In this document: piece by piece, positions 38,803 to 52,642 of the stretch
How positions within the stretch are numbered: the stretch's first letter is position 1
Layout of the letters: each line of letters opens with the position of its first letter
From: Octopus vulgaris
Lineage: Eukaryota
DNA: 64,000 nt
Assembly (NCBI GenBank): GCA_951406725.2
Contig: OX597815.1
Span: 122,016,001-122,080,000, forward strand
Direction of reading: 5' to 3'
Program-made: the position numbers and the translations under genes
Notes under the pieces: model-generated
Database searches by the model: none
Seen by the model: the letters and a program-made list of their open reading frames with translations, nothing else
Told to the model about the DNA's origin: nothing

Positions 38803-39127
38803 CCCCACCACACATGCATTCTGAATAAATAAACAAATTAACACTAGTGTTATAAGCTCACACACTTACTGTATAGATATAACAACAGCAAAAAAAAAAC
38901 TAAAAACCAATCATTGTAAAGACTACAAGTTGATGTGAAAAATATTTTGGGAGGTATAATTAAACTATTGCTTATGGAAAAGAAGTGAAATATAGTAAAA
39001 AAAACAACTGGTATGGTTATAGGCTTTATTAATAACAACTCTCCCCAAATATAACAATATTGGTTATATCACATGTTTTCAGATCTAAATTCTTGCAAAA
39101 CAAGATATTTTTAAGTTTTAAGATTGA

Positions 39128-39164
<37 letters not shown>

Positions 39165-40012
39165 GTCTTTAAAATATCTAAGTTTAGAACTCTATATTAA
39201 AAACAGTATATCATTGATAGAAGTTTATGTTATGGTTACAGATCATGATAATGGAATTTCTTTTAGATGTTTCCTCCTGAGAAGCAAATACTTTTTTACT
39301 TTTTATTTCACGTCCAGTTTTATTTTTAAATGTGTAAGACAGTGTTTTCTTTCTTATGGTAGCACTTTCTGATAACACTATCGTATAACGCAACAAACAC
39401 TTTTACCTTTTATTTTACCTCCAATTTTATTATTCATATGAATAAGATAGTGTTTTTCTCAGATGGTAGCTGTTTCTCATGAACAATATCATATAACGCT
39501 ATTCTTATTTACTCTAACCATATAGCTATTCATATCTCTACCATCTGTCTAATTCAACAAGTGTGACTAATAATTTGCTTTCTAAAAACTAATATAACAA
39601 TAGATTTTGCACAGATTTTCACCATTAAACACTGTGCATTTTTGTATTGGTTTCCATCTTAAAAAGAAAAAAAAATCTATTCAGATTCTTATTCTCCTGA
39701 GGCATCTACACTGAAACAGAAAGTCGTGATTATCTGCACCATTCTAATGAAACTAATCTTTCTGATACATCCAGTTACAAACTGAATGTATCAAGGAAAG
39801 TGTTGAAGATGATTATCAGTAATAGTGTATTGTGTAATTTTTCACCTAATTTCTTCTCTAATTATGATGGATTCTACAGACTTCAATCTTTGTAATCTAC
39901 ATACTAGCAACTTATTAAACAGCATGAAGATAGTAGTGGTATAAAAGCTACAGATTAAGATTCAGTTCATCTATAATTATTATTATAACTTCAATATATT
40001 TTTAAACAACCA

Positions 40013-40420
40013 GGCGTAGGAGTGACTGTGTGATAAGTAGCTTGTTTACTAACCACATGGTTCTGGGTTCAGTCCCACTGCATGGCACCTTGGGCAAGTG
40101 TCATCTACTATAGCCTCGGGTTGACCAAAGCCTTGTGAGTGGATTTGGTCGACAGAAACTGAAAGAAGCCTGTCATATATATGTACATATATATATATGT
40201 GTGTGTATGTTTGTGTGTCCGTGTTTGTCCCCACCAACATCGCTTGGTAACCAATGATGGTGTGTTTACATCACCGTAACTTAGCTGTTCAGCAAATGAG
40301 ACCGATAGAATAAGCACTAGGCTTACAAAGAATAAGTCCTGGGGTCGATTTGCTTTACTAAAGGCAGTGCTCCAGCATAGCCACAGTCAAATGACTGAAA
40401 CAAGTAAAAGAGTAAACGAG
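40013..40420 (+). mobile_element. Full-length tRNA-derived SINE (family A)
   Basis: A-box-like gtgactgtgtga, B-box gggttcagtccc, CORE-like ccttgggcaagtg, tail gactgaaacaagtaaaagagtaa. Further copies at ~34235-34540, 36500-36660, 48718-49070 and 61800-62190. Confidence 0.85.
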
Positions 40421-40772
40421 TAAGAGTAACCAAGTCATCTTGAAATGCCATTGATCCTGTGATATAAGTTTCCTGTGTTGAAGAGATCTAAATTAGAACT
40501 TTCTACCAAAATTTCATTTTAATTTATATTTCAAACACCAGCTTAATAAAAAAAAACTTTGATGATGATTTTCAGAATCATTTGAAACAAAGGCAATGTA
40601 TTTCACAAGAAATAGGGTAACAAAAGGGTTAAATTAGTAATGCTAATTTTTTTCTTTTTACACTTATAAGAGAACAATTTACCACATGCTTTTCAACTCA
40701 CAAGATGAGAGGACTTGTTTCAACACATAAAATCAGAACTAGAAATAAAATAATTTGGAAAGTGACACTTAC

Positions 40773-40945
40773 TCTTTGTAGACAACATTGCCATGCAAGA
40801 AGCAGATTTTCCACCAGCTGAAGAGATACATGTATAAATAGCTTCATCGTCTCCTGTACATTTGTGAATGTGCAATTGGTGTAAACCTCCTTTACAAACA
40901 ATTGTGATATGATCACTTGAGCTGAGAGCTTCTCCATCTTTTAAC
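40773..40945 (-). CDS. Internal exon: C-terminal part of an Ig I-set domain of a giant titin/obscurin-like protein
   Basis: Acceptor ttctag|G at 40945, donor A|gtaagt at 40773, 173 bp, phase 2 to 1. Translates (W)LKDGEALSSSDHITIVCKGGLHQLHIHKCTGDDEAIYTCISSAGGKSASCMAMLSTK, with the I-set WxKDG, LxI and DxAxYTC motifs. The W assumes the upstream exon ends in TG. Its phase fits the giant exon (A|GA = Arg). Confidence 0.88.
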
Positions 40946-42465
40946 CTAGAATAAATTATTACAATATTTAATTTAATAAAACAACGAATAAAAAGACTAT
41001 GGTAGTGTTCTAGAAAATAGATTAGGAATACATAATGTTGTCTTTATTGTATCAGAAACATACTAGTGTAATATTTCTGTGATAAATCATTTGGAACATT
41101 TTGCAAATTGTAAAGATTAAGTGACTTACCTCTCCTTCCCTTCCTACCATTTTTCCTTCAAATGTCTATTTTCCATGAACTTATTGACATATTCATAAAT
41201 TCAGGAATTAATGACATAAATGCAATCTTAGTGCATAATGCCTTTCATTCAGTTTTGAAAATGATATCAAAAATAAGATTTTCAAACAAAGAACAATATT
41301 GTTTCAGGAATTATAATTTTAAAGAAATCAAGAAAATACAGTTTCGAAAACTTTACAGACATTGCATGACTACCATATGTGTAATTTAAAGCAAATCAAA
41401 GTCTTTTATGTTATGGAGCAGCAAATCTATGTGAAAACTATTTTTACAAAAGTAAAAATTTGTTATACTCCAACATTGCTAAAAGAAGTATGAATCATCT
41501 TTGAATTTCTGTTTTTTATAGATATAAAATAATAATTCTTATAATCATATTTCCCACTGTCTGATAATTTCAGCAGCCAACTAAATGAATAAAAATAATT
41601 TTAAAATCAGGTGAAGGTAATATTTCAATTGCTTTCTGGAATTTTCCGTTTGCAGTGTCTTTCTTAAAAAAAAATTTTAATTTTGACAGTCTTTAGGGTT
41701 CTACAATTTCAAGCATTATATAAGCATTTTCAAATATTGCACTTTCTTAGCATGAAACTTGAAGTAGCTAATGTAATATTTGTCCTTTGTTAATTTTAAA
41801 CATTTACATTTATTCTTATTTTCACTGTATCATATTTTCTATTTCAGATTAAATAAATCCTTATGCACCCTAATATTTGCAGTACATCTCTGGAAGATTT
41901 CCTTACTCATCAAACTTTTATGGCTGTGTATATTCACTGTTTTAGTTACAGACCAAATCTATCATCTCACCTGGCAACTGAGTGTTTTTAACAAAGCCTA
42001 CAATGTTGCAAACTCTTAGACTTGGTCTCCTGTATGACTGAAGATTACTCTATTTTAATGGGCTGCTTCCTATTGCAGCGATTGATGAATCAGGGACTGC
42101 TTTTCTGTTTGCTCCCAATATGGAAGATCTATGGCAGGTCTAATGCCAAAGACGTTTGTGGTTCCATGAAACAACTGAACATAATCAGTTACTTTGATAT
42201 ATTAATTTAGAAAATTTCTTGTAAAAGTGCAACAAAATAAAATCTGATTTATATATGACCTCCCACTGAGAAAAATTTGAATTTTGGAAGATTTTGGATT
42301 TTAAAATATCAGATGAATGATTATTGACTGTATACACACACACACACACATGCATGCACACACACACACACACATACGCATGCACACACATGCACACACA
42401 CATGCATGTGCATTTACATACATTCACACACATACATTCATGTATATATATACACACACACACAT

Positions 42466-42541
<76 letters not shown>

Positions 42542-44136
42542 GGGTAGTTTTTCTAATTTCTTAATTTGTTACAGAAATAATTTCTTGATAAATATAAAAC
42601 AGAAACCATGGACAAAGTTACCAATAACAGAAAACAACAAAATGTACAGTCAGTTTTTTCAATACAAAATAGTTTGAATGCTTTAGAAAATATTTTAAAT
42701 GTAAAAATATTAAATATTCACAATCTGCTTTAGCACAATGGAAATTCTGATAAAAACGTCTACACAACAATTTATATGCTTGTAAATGGTTATAAAATAT
42801 ATAATTTTGCAATTTCATAGTAATTGCTTTTTCAAGTTGAAAATTTTATAATGAAAATAACTTTACATTTTGAAATAGGCAAACCATACAGCAGAATATA
42901 AATTTTTATTAGACAATTAGATATTTGCTAATATCAAAATAATTAAATATAAGACTAATGTACAAGCTACCCCAGTTTAAAGGTTCAACCATAATAAAAA
43001 TAGTAGCTTTTCTATTTCATCATATAAAGTTATTTGTATTGATGAAATTAACAACATGAAATTATTTAAATATTTAAACAGGTACAAAACAGAAAATTTT
43101 CCTTTCCACACATACTGCATGCACATTTTGGGAATCAATCAAGGTAATATGCTGAAGAAATTAAATAATTTCAATCACCTTGAGTCTGATTACTTAATGG
43201 CCTTTTCACCTTTTATCAACTTTTAAATATTTCCTTTAAATTTAAATATTTCCTTTAAATTCATGGCTTTTTTGGACAAAAGTTAACCAAATATCAAGAC
43301 TGTAAACTCCACAATAACAAGTCTACCTATAAGTAGATATTTGATCAGGTGTGACAATCAAGAAATACACAAGAGATATTCTTGAAAGCCAATCTCCTCT
43401 AAAGACATTCAAACTATTTTAGAATCCTAACATTACTCTACCTTTCATTTGTAAATTCCACAAACAGCTTGGACACAATCTGCACGAATAAAGACACTAC
43501 AGAAACAGATATTTTAGTTGGAAAAAAAAAGAAACAATGAAACAAAAACAAAACTCCTATATTTGGAAAATTCAATTATATTATTTTTTATGTTAATCTA
43601 CCTTTTCCTAAATTTGAAAAGAGAAGATCTAAGAAGGGAGATTGAGCAGTATTATGTCAGATATGGAGAGTAATTAATTTTATTAAAACTTCAAAAGGTA
43701 ATGTTTTAAAAGTGAAAATATTTATTTTTAAATCTGAATTAATTTTAAAATATATAAACTGATTTTTTGTTGATTTTTGCAAATTAAGTTTTACTCATGA
43801 TATAAAAGACAATAAAATAACTTAAGCCAATTTGAAAGCAGTACTTCATAAACTATTATAATACTTAATATAGATATATACATATATATACATAGATATA
43901 TATACATATACACACATATACATACATACATATATACATTTGTGTGTATGTATGTTTTGTTTAATGTTGAGCTACGATTATCAGTTGTTTTACCAAAACA
44001 TTATGCTGTTTATAAGACTGTCATTCTTCAAATGCTTATTATTAATGGAGTTTCTTATTTAGAAGTCACAAATAGTAATTTACAACTTCAGGCTTAAATT
44101 CTGTCTATGAAATTATAAATTCTGTCTATCAAAATA

Positions 44137-44852
44137 TTGGGTCATCCCATATATAATTTTCAATTGCATGAACTAAAAGTAGGAGGGGAACAGGATAAAC
44201 TACTTGCATCAACTTGCTATAAAAGCAGGAAGTAATTTTATCTTGTCCTATTCTTAGTGCAAGTTTTGAAGAGTGCAGTTCAATTTTATTCTTTCAAAGC
44301 TATAATGGAAGTGACAAAGGAGCATATTTGGCATATTTTGCTTTATGAGTTAAATAAAGACAACAGCACAACAGAAAGTGCAAGAAATATATTGCAGTAT
44401 ATGGGGATTGGACAATAAGTGTAAGCCAATGTCAACAGTGGTTCGAGAAATTCTGAGCTGGAAACTACAACCTAGAAGACAAGCCTCATCCTGGAAGACC
44501 TGCAGAGCTCAACAAGGACGTCCTGCAAACCATGGAGGAACAAAATCCCATCGTAACTGTTGAGGAACTAGCAGAGAAGCTTGGATTTGGTTATTCAACC
44601 AGTCATTCAATTCCTAGCTAGAAGAAAAACGACCATCTTTGGCTTCAAGACAAAAGGTGTTCTTTCATCAGGATAATGCTCGGCCACATACAGCAAGGAT
44701 GATATTCCAAAGGCTGGAGCAGTTTGAAGGGGAAACAATGCCCCACCCACCATATTCGCCAGACATTGCCCCATCTGATTATCATTTATTCCACAGTCTT
44801 TTGAACAATAAAACAAGTATAAAAAAACTGCATTATTTATGGGATGACTCTA
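44137..44852 (+). mobile_element. Internally deleted mariner element (~0.7 kb) with both TIRs
   Basis: TA-ttgggtcatccca ... tgggatgactcta-TA; ORF 44639-44866 reads FHQDNARPH...HPPYSPDIAPSDYHLF (mariner D34D motif). Confidence 0.92.
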
Positions 44853-46304
44853 TATTTTCTTGTTGACTTGGTACAAATCCATAGATTTAAAAGGAATACA
44901 TGGAATATAAATACATTCCTGTCTTTCCAATTCATTTTAGCTTCAATTGTAAATTGAAATTAGTTTTTAGATTCAACCCAGCAGAGGTTGTTTCCTTTTT
45001 TCTCTTGATGTTTGCCTATCTAGTCTAATATTAAAATACATTTAAAGTTGTGATGTCTGAAATGTTGTAATATTAAAATAAGTCAAATACTTCAATTATA
45101 GATAGATATTCAACAAACAACCATACTGAAAACCAATAAAGATATATAATTAACTTTTCCACTGTGGAATAATTAGGAAGTTTCTTCTTTCAGCTAAAGA
45201 TTGGTAAGTGTAAAATAGAAAGAAAAAAAAAAGAAAGAAAGAAATCTTTATATAAAATTCAAGATTGTTCAGTTTTGTTTTGTTGAGAGAAATTTTCTGC
45301 TAAAAAAATTTCTGTAGAATAATGAACTACAAAATTAGATGTAAAATCAACACAAGATTAATCTTTGATAAGAGTCTTCTATAGATGGCCTCAAAAGTAA
45401 ACACATAAGAAAATCACAAGCAGATTAAGAAACATCACAAAACATAAAGAAACAAGTAGTGAAGCATTTTGTGAGTTTTAAATATTTGAACAAAATTATT
45501 CGTTTTGATTAACATTATTTGTCTTAGGATCAGGATGGTACAAAACAAATTGGATTTAATTTAATTTAATATATTTGTATTTTTTCATTTGCAGCTAATT
45601 ACAAGATGAGAAAACAAATAATCTTTCCAAATTATACCAATATATTTTGACTCTATAAGAAAGTCAGTTCTTGTAAGTAATGGGGTACATATTATTGAAT
45701 TGAAACCAATGTTTTACCAAGATTTGTTTGCTTCTACAGTACTTCAATATAGAATGTAAAAAGAATGAAACTAAATAGTGTGAAATACTGCATTCCTTTT
45801 GCAGCCAACTTGCTGCCTGTCGGATTCTTCTTTTGACACAGGGCCAATTGTTGAAAGGCAGAGTGTAATTAATTATACAATCTCATTAGATTACAGATAT
45901 TTATATCATTCACTCTATAGGAATGAAAGATGATAGGAACCCTGGCAATGTAATTAACTCAGCACCCTACAATATTTTTCAGATTGTTTGCACAAACATA
46001 TTTATTTAGTTTGATATAAATCATTAGTATATTTCAGCATTACCACAATAAAATTATCTCAGTTAATGCTTAATTGTGTGTGGCTAATAGCAGTATTACA
46101 CCTGATATTAGAAGTATTTAATTTTAAACTATATATTCATTTATTTATTTATATCTTCTATCTCTTACTTGTTCCAATCATTGGAGCACCACCTTGAAGT
46201 ATTTAGTTGGACAAATCAACTCTAGTTCTATATTTAAGAGATGAGGTATTATGTACATAATTATTTACATTTGACGGATATTTGTCCTCATCTTGTTTGT
46301 TGTT

Positions 46305-46347
46305 AACACGTTTCAGCAGATATACCCTCCAGCCTTCATCAGGTGTC
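46305..46347 (-). ncRNA. Minimal hammerhead motif (second copy of the 36020 family)
   Basis: Minus strand reads gacac-CTGATGA-aggctg(gagggtatat)ctgct-GAAA-cgtgtt, with a small deletion at the cleavage site. Confidence 0.62.
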
Positions 46348-46397
46348 TTGGGGAAATTTCGAACTTAGGTTCTCATTCCTAAGGTATTTTTCAATGC

Positions 46398-46475
<78 letters not shown>

Positions 46476-46482
46476 CATTATT

Positions 46483-47135
46483 GAGTGAGAGAGCAGTGCA
46501 TGCCATCAAAGTGACACTGGGGTAAAATATACGAAGCGCAGTATACTCATCATGACTACCCGTCTGATAAGGGTACACTAGGCACATGCATCACAACCAT
46601 ATGTGCGCGACATGGTGATCTCATATCAAGATAAACAGCACATGACCTTGCAGGTGGGGCCCAGTTAGAATTTTGTTCTGTTCGAGTAGCCCATCCCGCT
46701 CAAAAGGTCCCTGAATAAGGGTTGTTTAAGGATGTTGAATGAAACACCCCTGTCTCCAAAGGTGAATTATTCAAACCCCAAAGAATCCCTCTCAACACAT
46801 GGCTATGATGCTCCCCCACTACTTCTGCTTGTGATCAGAGATGCACATATCATCAGCCACTAAGGGACGTGCTCAACTGGTTAAGGTCAAACAACTGACA
46901 AGCAAATCTGTGGTATTGAGCAGAATATTTGCTGTAGCCCATCTTTTATACCAAGACAAAACAATGTACATGATAACACTTTCAATCAGTTAAGATCAGA
47001 AGCCATTGTACTGCATCAGGGCATAGGTACTGCATCAGGGCATGGTACTGCATTAGGGCATGGTACTGCATCAGGGCATGGTACTGCATCAGGGCATGGT
47101 ACTGCATCAGGGCATTGTATTGCATCAGGGCATCT
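46483..47135. mobile_element. Unclassified non-coding element in (AAT)n, with a 19-bp terminal tandem repeat
   Basis: Second copy in the opposite orientation at 50200-50697; (atggtactgcatcagggc) repeated about six times at 47005-47133. Confidence 0.7.
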
Positions 47136-47159
47136 TATTATTATTATTATTATTATTAT

Positions 47160-47614
47160 TCAGTAGTTTTATTTTTATAGCGTGCTTTCACTTCACTACC
47201 GAGCGCAGCTCTGTGTGCCTTGGGTATGTGCTGTGATTTGTTGTGATGCTCTGATGGTTATTGTATGGAAAGTGTTCTGCGTAGGATGTGTGCAGTGCCT
47301 AGTAGTGCAATTTTCTGTATGTTATATGTGTTTGTAAGTGCTGGTGTTTTTGTTATGTATTTGCCTGAATATTTTTTTAACATGCCTAATGCACCTACTA
47401 TGATAGGAATTGTTTCTGTTTTCAGATTCCACATTCTAGTTACCTCTATTTCCAGGTCTTTGTATTTTGAGAGTTTCTCCATTTCTTTTAGAGACACGTT
47501 GTCATCAGCCGGTATTGATACATTTTTTTCTTCATGATCTCTGACAACTATATCTGGTCTGTTGGCCTTAATTTCTCTATCTGTGTGTATCGGCATATCC
47601 CAGAGTATGGTTGC

Positions 47615-47616
<2 letters not shown>
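47160..47616 (-). mobile_element. R4/Dong-like LINE 3' end (REL endonuclease), flanked by (AAT)n
   Basis: WDMPIHTDREIKANRPDIVV...KEMEKLSKYKDL...IPIIVGALG; the 3' tail is also present at 50703-50830. Confidence 0.88.
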
Positions 47617-47668
<52 letters not shown>

Positions 47669-47829
47669 ATTATTCAGGTCACTGCCTAGAATTAAACTCG
47701 GAGTTAGTAGCCTGTGCCCTTAACCACTATGCCATATGCCCATGGGCATAAGGTATAGTGGAGTGAATTTTAGATATGAGGCCCATATGACATCAGGACA
47801 AAAGATATAAGGCCATATGACATCAGGAC

Positions 47830-48241
47830 AGTATCCAAGAGTAATACAACACTTTGCAAATATCTCCTTCGAGTAAAACCACCAATAGAAGAGAATATGA
47901 CCAAAAATTGTGTGTACTCCATCCCATGCAGCTGTAGTAGGTTATACAAAGGTGAAGCATGCTGCCCCCTCAAAATAAGGGTAGAGGAACATCGCAAAGC
48001 TGTGACAAGGGGAGATATTGATAAATCAGCTATAGCTGATCATGTATGGAAAAATGGAGACCACCTCCCACTGTGGGATGAACTTAAAATAATAGACAGA
48101 GGACACCACTGGAAAATACGAAAACTAAAAGAAGCAGCACACATGCTAGGACACAACAACCTCCTAAGCAGACCGAGTGCAGATATGAATAGCATATGGG
48201 AACTGGTATTAAGGAAGGATAGGAGAATATTAGATTTATAA
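47830..48241 (+). pseudogene. GIY-YIG endonuclease domain of a Penelope-like retroelement (5'-truncated)
   Basis: NCVYSIPCSCSRLYKGE...LKIRVEEHRK...KSAIADHVW...W...KIID...RKLKEAAH fits the PLE VYxIxC-C-YIGxT...RxxEH...SAxAxH...E pattern. Confidence 0.88.
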
Positions 48242-48717
48242 GCCCTAAAATTCACTCCATAATTGCCCATGGGCATATGGCATAGTGGTTAAGAGCATGG
48301 GCTACTAACCCCAGGATTCCGAGTTTGATTCCACTGATTGTTGTAAGTTCTTCAATAATCTGTAAAGCATTCATGCTACTTTTCTCCCTACTTAAGTAAT
48401 CTTGTTTTTACATCCTCCTAAATTTATTAATCACCTAACCTTTCCTTATACAAAGCCCTCAAACTCTGTCAAATAATATCAATGGAAACAACCATTCTTC
48501 ACATATCTTTTTTATTTCAGATACTATACCTGCCTTCTAAATATAATTTAGTATTAACGTCTTTTATATCATGCTTAGAATGCTGACTATTTTTAATGCT
48601 AAAAAGATATTACTTGAATATCTTCTCCAATTAAAGCAACCTAATTTGTCCTAGAAAACAACTTAATTTAAAGAAAAAGTCTTCCCTTACAGAGAAGACT
48701 GTATTTATTTTTTTAGT

Positions 48718-49070
48718 GTGGTTCTGGGTTCATTCCCACTGCATGGCACCTTGGGCAAGTGTCTTCTACTATAGCCTCGGGCCGACCAAAGCCTTGTGAC
48801 TGGATTTGGTAGACAGAAACTGAAAGAAGCCCGTCATATATTTTATGTATGTGTGCGTGTATTTATGTGTTTGTGTTTGTCCCCCCAACATCACTTGACA
48901 ACCAATGGTAGTGCATTTACGTCCCCGTAGCTTAGCAGTTCAGCAAAACAGACCGATAGAATAAGTTCTAGGCTTACAAAGAATAAGTCCTGGGGTTGAT
49001 TTGCTCGACTAAAGGTGGTGCTCCAGCATGGCCACAGTCAAATGACTGAAACAAGTAAAGGAGTAAAGAG
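48718..49070 (+). mobile_element. tRNA-derived SINE (family A), 5'-truncated
   Basis: High similarity to 40057-40420. Confidence 0.85.
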
Positions 49071-49768
49071 TATTAAATGTATTCAAATTCTGATCATCTG
49101 GCACAACAGTTGATTCACGGCATATTCTCTATTTCTTTCTTGTTTCTCTCCCTCTTTAATATACATATTCACATACCTACACATACATATATACATATGC
49201 ACACCACACATACAACACAGATCACACACACACACAAACACAAACACACATATATGACATTTATTGTTAGTAAATTACAGTCAGAATGACATACTGATAC
49301 CTTGGGTTTCCTGTTAGCAGAGAGACTCTGTCAACATTTATTTAGTTGGTAAAATGTACGTACACACACACACACACACACACACATTTGATATCTTCTG
49401 TCAGCTCTTCAGATTTGAAACTAAACAGTGTCTACCATTGTTATTCAACACAGCTAATTTGTAATTCAATCTTTGTATGTATTTATTCATAATCTCTAAA
49501 CCTACAATATCCAACAGAGTTAAGTATATGTTTAATGGTCCTTAATCAGAAAAGTAGAAAATACAAAGATTCAATACTATCATTTTATATAGTTTCTATA
49601 ATTCTTTTTGTTTTTGTTAATCTACACTTATTTTTAAAATTGGCTATTGCATTTCAATATTCTTGTTAATATTAACAAAATTTTTTTAAATATTCTAAAT
49701 AAATATTCCCATATATTTGAAAAACTATATTTTGCTCTTACAAATGGATTAATGTTTGGCTCCTTTGG

Positions 49769-49806
<38 letters not shown>

Positions 49807-49974
49807 ATCTTTCAAAAATCATTTGAAGTTTATCTTACGAAAGTTATTGGAAAATATCACAGTAAATAAACATAGGAAACATTATCAATAACTATTTGAA
49901 AGTTTCATCCTCTTTGGATTTTTTAAAGCTTTCTAATCATCAGCATCCTCAATGATAATAATGATAATAATAAT

Positions 49975-50835
49975 CCTTTCCACTATAGGTACGAGGCCTG
50001 AAATTTTGTCGGGAGAGGAGTAGTCGATTACATTACTCAACTGGTACTTATTTTATCAACCCTGAAAAGATGAAAGGCATAACCCTCACCAGAATTTGAG
50101 CTCAGATTATAAAGACAAATGAAATGCCACCAAGCATTTTGTCTGGGATCTTAATGATTCTGCTGGCTTGCCACTTTAATAATAGTAATAATAATAACAA
50201 TGCAGTACACGGCAGTGGTGCTCATGGCTTCTGATCTTAACTGATTGGAAGTGTTATCACGTATATTGTTTTGTCTTGTCAGTTGTTTGACCTTAATCAG
50301 TTGAGCATGTCTCTTAGTGGTTGACAATATGTGCATCACTGATCATGAGCAGAAGTAGTGGGGGAGCATCATAGCCATGTATTGAAAGGAATTTTGGGGA
50401 GTTTGGATAATTCCCCTCTGGAAACATGGGTATTTCATTCAACATCATTAAGCAACCCTAATTCAGAGACCTTTTGAGTGGGATAGGCTATTTGACCTGA
50501 AGAAAATTCTAACTGGGCCCCACTTGCAAGGTTATGCACTGTTATTCTTGATATGAGATCAGCAAGTTGTGCACATATGGTTGTAATGCATGTGCCTGGA
50601 GTACATTTATATGATGAGCAGTCATGATGGGTATACTGGGTTTCGTATATTTTACCCCAGTGTCACTTTGATTGTGTGCACTGCTCTCTCACTCAATAAT
50701 AATTCTACATAAAGCACTTTCAATACAGTGAAAATAATAACATCAAAAGAAGCCACAGCACATACCCAAGGTGCACAAAGCTGCACTTGGTAGTGCAGTG
50801 AAAGCACATGATAAAAATAAGATTTCTGAATAATA
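49975..50835. mobile_element. Cluster: family-B SINE (-), unclassified element (50200-50697), R4-like 3' tail (+)
   Basis: Each part matches other copies in the window; parts are separated by (AAT)n. Confidence 0.7.
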
Positions 50836-51244
50836 ATAAGAATAAAATTATGATAATAAAAAGCAATGATGATGATGGTATAAGCATATGTACAAGATTA
50901 CAAATTTACAAAGAAGGAATAAAATGTCTAAATCAGTTTTACATATTTTGATAACCATTGTTAGATGAAAGGAAAAGTAATCCTCCTTAAGATTTTAACT
51001 CAGAATATAAATGACAAAACCAATCAGCAGCAAGGTATTTCTTTTTAATCAAGAATGAAACACCAACAGGATCTGAAGCTGTGTTGGACAATAACATTAG
51101 TCTACAATACCAGCCCTAGGTGACAAGTTGTCATTTAGGAGGTATTTGTTTTCTAGCAGATACCAAAGGAATAATAATAATGATTTCGAATTTTGGTACA
51201 AGGCCAGCAATTTTTTTTGGGGGGGTGATATGTCATTTACATGC

Positions 51245-51740
51245 CAGTGTCGCATAACTGACCCATTTAAAAGTACCCTTCAGTCGTCAGGCAATATACT
51301 ATGCTTGAGAAGACCTGTTGAGTCAAGTGAAATCGTAGTTGTGGTCGATGCCTGTGCCACCTGACTGGCACCCATGCCGGTGGCACGTAAAAGGCACCAC
51401 TTAAGTGTGGCCAATGCCAGTTTCAGTAGACACGTAAAAAACACTATTCGAGCATGGTTGATGCCAGTGCCACTTGACTGGCTCCTGTGCCAGTGACATG
51501 GGAAAACACCATTCGAGCATTGTTCATGCCAGTGACGCCTGACTGGCCCCCATGCTGGTGGCATGTAAAAAGCACCCACTACACTCTTGGAGTGGTTGGT
51601 GTTAGGAAGAGCATCCAGCTGCAGAAACCTTACCGGATCAAACTGGATCCTGATGCAGCCTCCTTGTTTCTCAGTCATCAATCAAACCATCCAACCCATG
51701 CCAGCATAGAAATCGGACGTTAAATGAAGATGATGATGAA
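51245..51740 (+). mobile_element. RTE 3' end; shorter tails also at 37526-37622 (-), 54352-54552, 54800-55086 and 58500-58695 (+)
   Basis: Family 3'UTR and gacgttaaatgaagatgatgat terminus. Confidence 0.78.
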
Positions 51741-51944
51741 TAATAATGGTTTCACATTTTAGCATAAGACCAGCAGGTTCAGGGGTGGATGTAAGTTGAT
51801 TATATCGCCAACTCAGTGCTCAACTGGTACATATTTTATCAACCTCAAAAGGATGAAAGATAAAGTCAACCTCAGTAGAGTTTGAATTCAGAATGTATAG
51901 ATGGATGAAATGCTGCTAAACATTTTTCCCAGTGTGCTAACGAT

Positions 51945-52600
51945 TCTGCAGAATGTGTGGTGAGGGAAGTGAAAGGGTATGGCTCATCATTAGCAAATGT
52001 CTGAAATTGGTACAATGCAAATAAAAACAGTGCCATGACAATGTGACAAGAATGATCCATTGGGAGCTCTGTGGAAATCATGGCTTGTAAAGAGCAAATA
52101 TATGGTATGAGAAGAGCCCAGAAGAAGGCACAGAAAATGAGAACTGCAAAATCCTGTGGGATGTAATGATCCAGTGTGATCACCTGACCAGACGTGGGAA
52201 ACTGGACATTGTTGTGGTAATTAAAAAAGAAAGAACATGATTATCGACATAGCATGCCCCAGTGACAACAGGATCAATGTGAAAGAAGAAAAAAATAAAC
52301 AACTATGACGATTTAAAGTGGGAAATAGGAAGGTTGTGGTCAATGAAGAGAGTAGATGTAATATCAATAGTAATTGGTGCACTTGGAAGTATCAGCGCTC
52401 AGCTACCAACATGGCTGAAAAAGATCAGTGCAAAAGTGAAGGTAGTGCACCTACAAAAATCGGCATTGCTTGGAACAGCAAAAATTCTTTGCAGGGTTCT
52501 TGAAGCATGACCAGTAAACAAGTGTCACCTTAGTCTGCTGGCTGTGAACAGCTGACACTTTTCATCATACCCAGCAAAATAAGCTGAGAGTTTTCATCGC

Positions 52601-52641
<41 letters not shown>
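51945..52641 (+). mobile_element. R4/Dong-like LINE 3' fragment ending in (AAT)n
   Basis: Collinear with 20255-20735 (CRMC..., KILWD, IVIGALG); continues to a stop and 3'UTR followed by (aat)n. Confidence 0.85.

Positions 52642-52642
<1 letters not shown>

Larger units (their letters stand above)
46223..48333. mobile_element. Penelope-like element remnant: inverted terminal repeat (split by nested insertions), GIY-YIG 3' ORF end, truncated sense-strand terminal repeat
   Basis: 47674-47773 is the reverse complement of 48245-48333. The minus-strand repeat resumes at 46400-46223 beyond the insertions in its (AAT)n. Confidence 0.8.

Noticed and set aside
48270-48333. Possible tRNA-Ser gene
   Set aside because: No 3' acceptor strand, an ACT anticodon and several diverged copies inside a repeat; treated as tRNA-derived.
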